Shown here: in pieces, positions 59,839 to 64,000 of the stretch
Position numbering within the stretch: position 1 is the stretch's first letter
How the letters are laid out: each line of letters opens with the position of its first letter
NCBI GenBank assembly: GCA_033763315.1
Contig: JANRKS010000007.1
Span: forward strand, 96,001-160,000
DNA length: 64,000 nucleotides
Direction: 5' to 3'
Origin: Deltaproteobacteria bacterium
GTDB lineage: Bacteria > Myxococcota_A > Polyangia > Fen-1088
Program-made: the position numbers and the translations under genes
Notes under the pieces: generated by a model
The model's input: only the letters and a program-made list of their open reading frames with translations
Database searches by the model: none
What the model was told of the DNA's origin: nothing

Positions 59839-61677
59839 TCAAAGTCTCAGCGGCGCGAGCGGTCCGTCGCTTGCGCATAAGGCGTCCACACGCGCCAAGA
59901 CGCGCGGATCTTCAATGAGTGGCGGCGCGTGGTGTGGTTTGACACGTGCATCGATGACGACGCTGCCTGTGCAGCCCCAGTGTTTATCGGCAACGAACGC
60001 CCCAATGCCGCTGACGTCCACGGCGGGGTTTGAGCGCGTGAAGGTGGCCCATAGGAAGTTGTGCATCGTCTTGCTGACAAACGCGCTGTCATCCACCAGC
60101 AACACGAGTGCAAAGCGGTTGATCGGCGCCTGATCGGTGAAGGCGTTGCAAAACAGCTCGCGGACGCGGGCCGCGTCTTCAGGGAACGTGCATGCAGGAG
60201 CCGAGATGGCCAGCACACCCGGCATGCATACGCGCGGATCGTGAAAGCCTGCGGGCAACGCAAGATCCGCGGGCACTTCGGTTGCCAGACCGCGGATGGG
60301 CGACCCGGCGGCGGCGATGATCAGCTTCGAGCCTTGGTTGAGGCCCGTGCCCGAATAATCGAGCGTGTCGATCGTGGTGCGCGTTTGAAAGTGCAGATCG
60401 CGCCGCGGATCGAAGCGGCACAAAACATGCGAAAAGAACGCGGCCAATTCATGCAAAGCCGGCGGCTTGTCGTTGTCGTCCACGATTAAGAGATATTTGG
60501 CCAGCGACAATTGTCCCTGGCCCAAGATCGCGTTGGCCTGCGTGAGCAGCTCCTGCGGCTCGGTCCGTTTGGCGTAAGGCGCGTAGCGTTCGCTGCCCAC
60601 GGCCAACAGCAACGGATGCACACCCGCGGCGTCAACCGCATGCACGCCTTTGACCCCTGGCAACACCGTGGGGATAAGTGGACCCGTGAGCTCATGAATG
60701 AGTTCACCAAACACGGTGTCTTCCTGCGGTGGCCGGCCCACCACAGTGAACGGCCAGATCGCGTTGGTGCGGTGGTAGACTCGATGCACGCGCAGCACGG
60801 GAAAATCGTGGGTCATGCTGTAGTAACCCAAGTGATCGCCGAACGGCCCCTCGGGCTTGCGAACATTTGGCTCGATCTCGCCCACGATGCAGAAATCAGC
60901 CTCGGCGTGCGCGAAGATCGAGCCTTTCTGCGGCGCCATCCTCACGCGACGGCGGTTCAAAGCGCCTGCGAATGAAAGTTCCGACATGCCCTCAGGCAGC
61001 GGCATCACCGCGGCCACCGTCATGGCTGGTGGGCCCCCGACAAAAATGCACGCCTTGAGGTTCTGCCCCGCCGCCATCGCTGCGCTGTGATGCACACCGA
61101 TGCCGCGATGGATCTGGTAGTGCAGGCCCACCTCTTTGTTGCTCTCGTAGTTATTGCCACCAAGCTGCACCCGGTACATACCCAGGTTGCTGTGAGCGAG
61201 GCCCGGACGCGTTGGATCTTCGGTGAACACTTGTGGCAGCGTGATGAAAGGTCCGCCGTCTTGTGGCCAGCTCACCAATTGCGGCAGCTCGGTCACGCTC
61301 ACCTGGTTGGCAAACACGGGGCCGCCATCCACCTTCTTGGGCAACAGCGACAGCGCCGAGAAGGGCACGCCCGCATAGCGGAAAGGCCGGCGCCAAAACG
61401 CGCCTGGATCCACTTTAAGTTCAACCAAGCGCCGCACGGGTGGAAGTGCGTCGCGAAAAATGTAGCGCGCGCGTTCGATTGTGCCGAACAGGTTGCTCAC
61501 CATGGGAAAGCGGCAGCCTTTGACACGCGGGAAGTAAAGCGCCGGACCGCTGGCCCGATAGACGCGGCGCTGGATCTCCGCCATCTCCAAATGAGGATCA
61601 ATCTCGTGCTCCACGCGGAACAGCTGCCCCGTGCGGGACAGATCTTCTACGCAGGCCGAAAGTGAAGCGTAACCCAT
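59839..61677 (-). CDS. UbiD-family decarboxylase
   Basis: WPQDGGPFITLP, NLGMYR, EGPFGDHLGYY, GRPPQED and DTLDYS. Confidence 0.9.
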   Translation of the reverse strand: MGYASLSACVEDLSRTGQLFRVEHEIDPHLEMAEIQRRVYRASGPALYFPRVKGCRFPMVSNLFGTIERARYIFRDALPPVRRLVELKVDPGAFWRRPFRYAGVPFSALSLLPKKVDGGPVFANQVSVTELPQLVSWPQDGGPFITLPQVFTEDPTRPGLAHSNLGMYRVQLGGNNYESNKEVGLHYQIHRGIGVHHSAAMAAGQNLKACIFVGGPPAMTVAAVMPLPEGMSELSFAGALNRRRVRMAPQKGSIFAHAEADFCIVGEIEPNVRKPEGPFGDHLGYYSMTHDFPVLRVHRVYHRTNAIWPFTVVGRPPQEDTVFGELIHELTGPLIPTVLPGVKGVHAVDAAGVHPLLLAVGSERYAPYAKRTEPQELLTQANAILGQGQLSLAKYLLIVDDNDKPPALHELAAFFSHVLCRFDPRRDLHFQTRTTIDTLDYSGTGLNQGSKLIIAAAGSPIRGLATEVPADLALPAGFHDPRVCMPGVLAISAPACTFPEDAARVRELFCNAFTDQAPINRFALVLLVDDSAFVSKTMHNFLWATFTRSNPAVDVSGIGAFVADKHWGCTGSVVIDARVKPHHAPPLIEDPRVLARVDALCASDGPLAPLRL

Positions 61678-61710
61678 AGCTGTGAGCGCGAAGTTTGATG
61701 CGCGTGCGGC

Positions 61711-63921
61711 TTACGTCGCTTCAAACCACAGCACGCCCAACGGCGGCAACGTGATCTCCGCCGAACAAGGGAAGCCATGGTGAGGCACGTTTTGCGCCAC
61801 CACACCCCCGGCGTTACCCACGTTGCTGCCGCCCCATACGGCCGCGTCGGTGTTCATGACTTCACGGTAGTTGCCGCCGCGAGGCAAGCCCAAGCGGTAT
61901 CCGAAGCGAGGCACGGGAGCGAAGTTGCCCACGCACACCAGCAGCCGATCGGTTGTGGTGGATTTGCGCACGAACGCGATCACGTTGTCATCGGCCGAAT
62001 GCGAATCGATCCATTGAAATCCTTCGGGACCAAAATCACTGTCCCACAACGCGGGTTCAGCGCGATAGGCACGGTTCAGATCAGCCACCAGCCATTGCAG
62101 GCCTTTGTGATCGTCGCCGTACAACACGTGCCAGTCCAAACTTTGGTTGTGCTTCCACTCTTGCCATTGGCCAATCTCTTGGCCCATGAACAGCAGCTTC
62201 TTGCCTGGGTGGGCCCACATATAGCCGTAAAGCGCGCGAAGGTTGGCGAACTTTTGCCACCGGTCGCCCGGCATTTTGTCGAGCATCGAGCCTTTGCCAT
62301 GCACAACTTCGTCGTGCGAAAACGGCAGCACAAAGTTTTCGCTCCAGGCGTAGACCAAACCAAACGTGAGATCGTTGTGATGGTAACGACGGTAGACCGA
62401 ATCTTTCGAGAAATACGAAAGCGTGTCGTGCATCCAGCCCATGTTCCACTTGAAACCGAAACCCAAGCCGCCGAGGTAACTTGGGCGGCTGACGCCCGGC
62501 CACGCCGTTGATTCTTCGGCCACCATCAACACGCCCGGATGATCACGGTGGATCACTTCGTTGAGTTCGCGCAGGAAACCCACGGCTTCCAAGTTCTCGC
62601 GACCGCCGTATTGGTTCGGCACCCACTCGCCTTCTTTGCGGCTGTAGTCGAGGTAAAGCATCGACGCCACCGCGTCCACGCGCAAGCCATCGATGTGGAA
62701 CCGATCAAAGAAGGAAATGGCGCTTGCGATCAAAAAGTTGCGCACTTCGCGGCGGCCGAAATTGAATACGAACGTGCCCCAGTCAGGGTGCTCGCCTTGG
62801 CGTGCATCTAAGTGTTCGAACAAAGCCGTTCCATCGAAGCGGCCCAAGGCAAATTCGTCTTTGGGAAAATGAGCGGGCACCCAATCCACCAGCACGCCGA
62901 AGCCGCGTTGGTGCAAGTAATCCACGAAAAACTTGAAATCATCGGGCGTGCCGAAGCGGCACGTGGGCGCAAAATACCCCGTGACTTGATACCCCCACGA
63001 ACCGTCGAAGGGGTGCTCGAACACAGGCAAAAGTTCAACGTGGGTAAAGCCCATCTGGCCAAGGTAATCGGCCACCTGCGGGGCCAAGTCGCGGTAGTTC
63101 AACACACGATTGTCATCGCCGCGGCGCCACGAGCCCAGGTGCATTTCGTAAATTGAAAGCGGCGCCTTCCACGGATTGGCCGCGGAGCGTTTGGCCATCC
63201 AGGCATCGTCACCGAACGCATACGACGACTTCCATACCACCGAAGCGTTGTGAGGTGGGTGATCGGCGTATTGAGCATAGGGATCGGCCTTGAGCACGAT
63301 GCCGCCGCCCGCTTTGCGAATCTCGAATTTATAGTGCGTCCCCACGCCCACGTCGGGAACGAACAATTCCCAAATGCCTGAGCCGCCCAAGAGGCGCATC
63401 GGGTGAATGCGCCCATCCCAACCGTTGAAGTCGGCCACCACACTTACGCCGCGCGCGTTTGGCGCCCACACAGTGAAGGCCACGCCCCATTGTTCACCCA
63501 AACGCACAACATGCGCGCCCATCTTGTCGTAGATGCGCTCATGGCGGCCTTCGCCGATGAGGTGCAGATCCAATTCGCCGAGCGTGGGCAAAAAGCAGTA
63601 GGGATCGGTTTGTTCGTGGCTTGAGCCGTCGCGGTAGCGCAGACGTAAGCGGTAACCAAACACCTCGGTGCGGCCTGGCACCTCAGCTGCAAACAAGCCC
63701 GCGTCGTGCACTTTCCGCAATGGAACCACGCCCAGGCCATCGGCAACCACGCTCACTTCCAGCGCGTGCGGTTGAAACACCCGGACCACGACGCCCGTTG
63801 GCGTCACATGCGCCCCCAACAAACTGTGCGGGTCGTGATGCTCGAGCGACAAAAAGCGATCAAGTTCAGCGGCTGAAATACCAGCAATCAACTTATCAGC
63901 AGAGGCGAGCGCGGTGGTCAT
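61711..63921 (-). CDS. glgB: 1,4-alpha-glucan branching enzyme
   Basis: HDPH..LG.H, WAPNA, YEMHLGSW, SWGYQVTG, DGLRVDAVASMLY, AEEST and SHDEVVHGK. Confidence 0.97.
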   Translation of the reverse strand: MTTALASADKLIAGISAAELDRFLSLEHHDPHSLLGAHVTPTGVVVRVFQPHALEVSVVADGLGVVPLRKVHDAGLFAAEVPGRTEVFGYRLRLRYRDGSSHEQTDPYCFLPTLGELDLHLIGEGRHERIYDKMGAHVVRLGEQWGVAFTVWAPNARGVSVVADFNGWDGRIHPMRLLGGSGIWELFVPDVGVGTHYKFEIRKAGGGIVLKADPYAQYADHPPHNASVVWKSSYAFGDDAWMAKRSAANPWKAPLSIYEMHLGSWRRGDDNRVLNYRDLAPQVADYLGQMGFTHVELLPVFEHPFDGSWGYQVTGYFAPTCRFGTPDDFKFFVDYLHQRGFGVLVDWVPAHFPKDEFALGRFDGTALFEHLDARQGEHPDWGTFVFNFGRREVRNFLIASAISFFDRFHIDGLRVDAVASMLYLDYSRKEGEWVPNQYGGRENLEAVGFLRELNEVIHRDHPGVLMVAEESTAWPGVSRPSYLGGLGFGFKWNMGWMHDTLSYFSKDSVYRRYHHNDLTFGLVYAWSENFVLPFSHDEVVHGKGSMLDKMPGDRWQKFANLRALYGYMWAHPGKKLLFMGQEIGQWQEWKHNQSLDWHVLYGDDHKGLQWLVADLNRAYRAEPALWDSDFGPEGFQWIDSHSADDNVIAFVRKSTTTDRLLVCVGNFAPVPRFGYRLGLPRGGNYREVMNTDAAVWGGSNVGNAGGVVAQNVPHHGFPCSAEITLPPLGVLWFEAT

Positions 63922-64000
63922 GATCGAAGTCCTGAAAGAGGGAGCCACAGGAAGAGTATCAGGCAGAGGCAACCCGCGGCCGTTTAACTGGGCTGTTTCA

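Overview
This is a GC-rich, gene-dense bacterial window. Its gene content suggests Myxococcota/Polyangia (inference): Cys-rich lipoproteins, DUF1592/DUF1552 and DUF1501 pairs, an FHA-GGDEF protein and a Myxococcus-type SOS box. All family assignments are by-eye motif recognition; no searches were run. Most of the window is metabolic or housekeeping: type III glutamine synthetase, GH63, sialate O-acetylesterase, cyclophilin, two diguanylate cyclases, a stand-alone dnaE2 with a LexA-like box, a four-gene gamma-glutamylation operon, RlmI-like and RluA-like enzymes, an MFS transporter, katE, UbiD and glgB. An apparent accessory island spans about 38.7-49.5 kb. It carries (i) a wHTH-DUF488 gene with a conserved-looking partner, a candidate defence or DNA-repair module, (ii) a coupled three-gene cassette that reads as TTR-like adaptor, VasX-like membrane toxin and RCC1-repeat lipoprotein (candidate immunity), and (iii) a Cys-rich lipoprotein. 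Parts (ii) and (iii) lie between two copies of a 15-bp direct repeat. Three consensus sigma54 promoters have phased IHF-like sites, and one drives an easily missed 68-aa ORF. No rRNA, tRNA, CRISPR array, integrase or transposase was seen.
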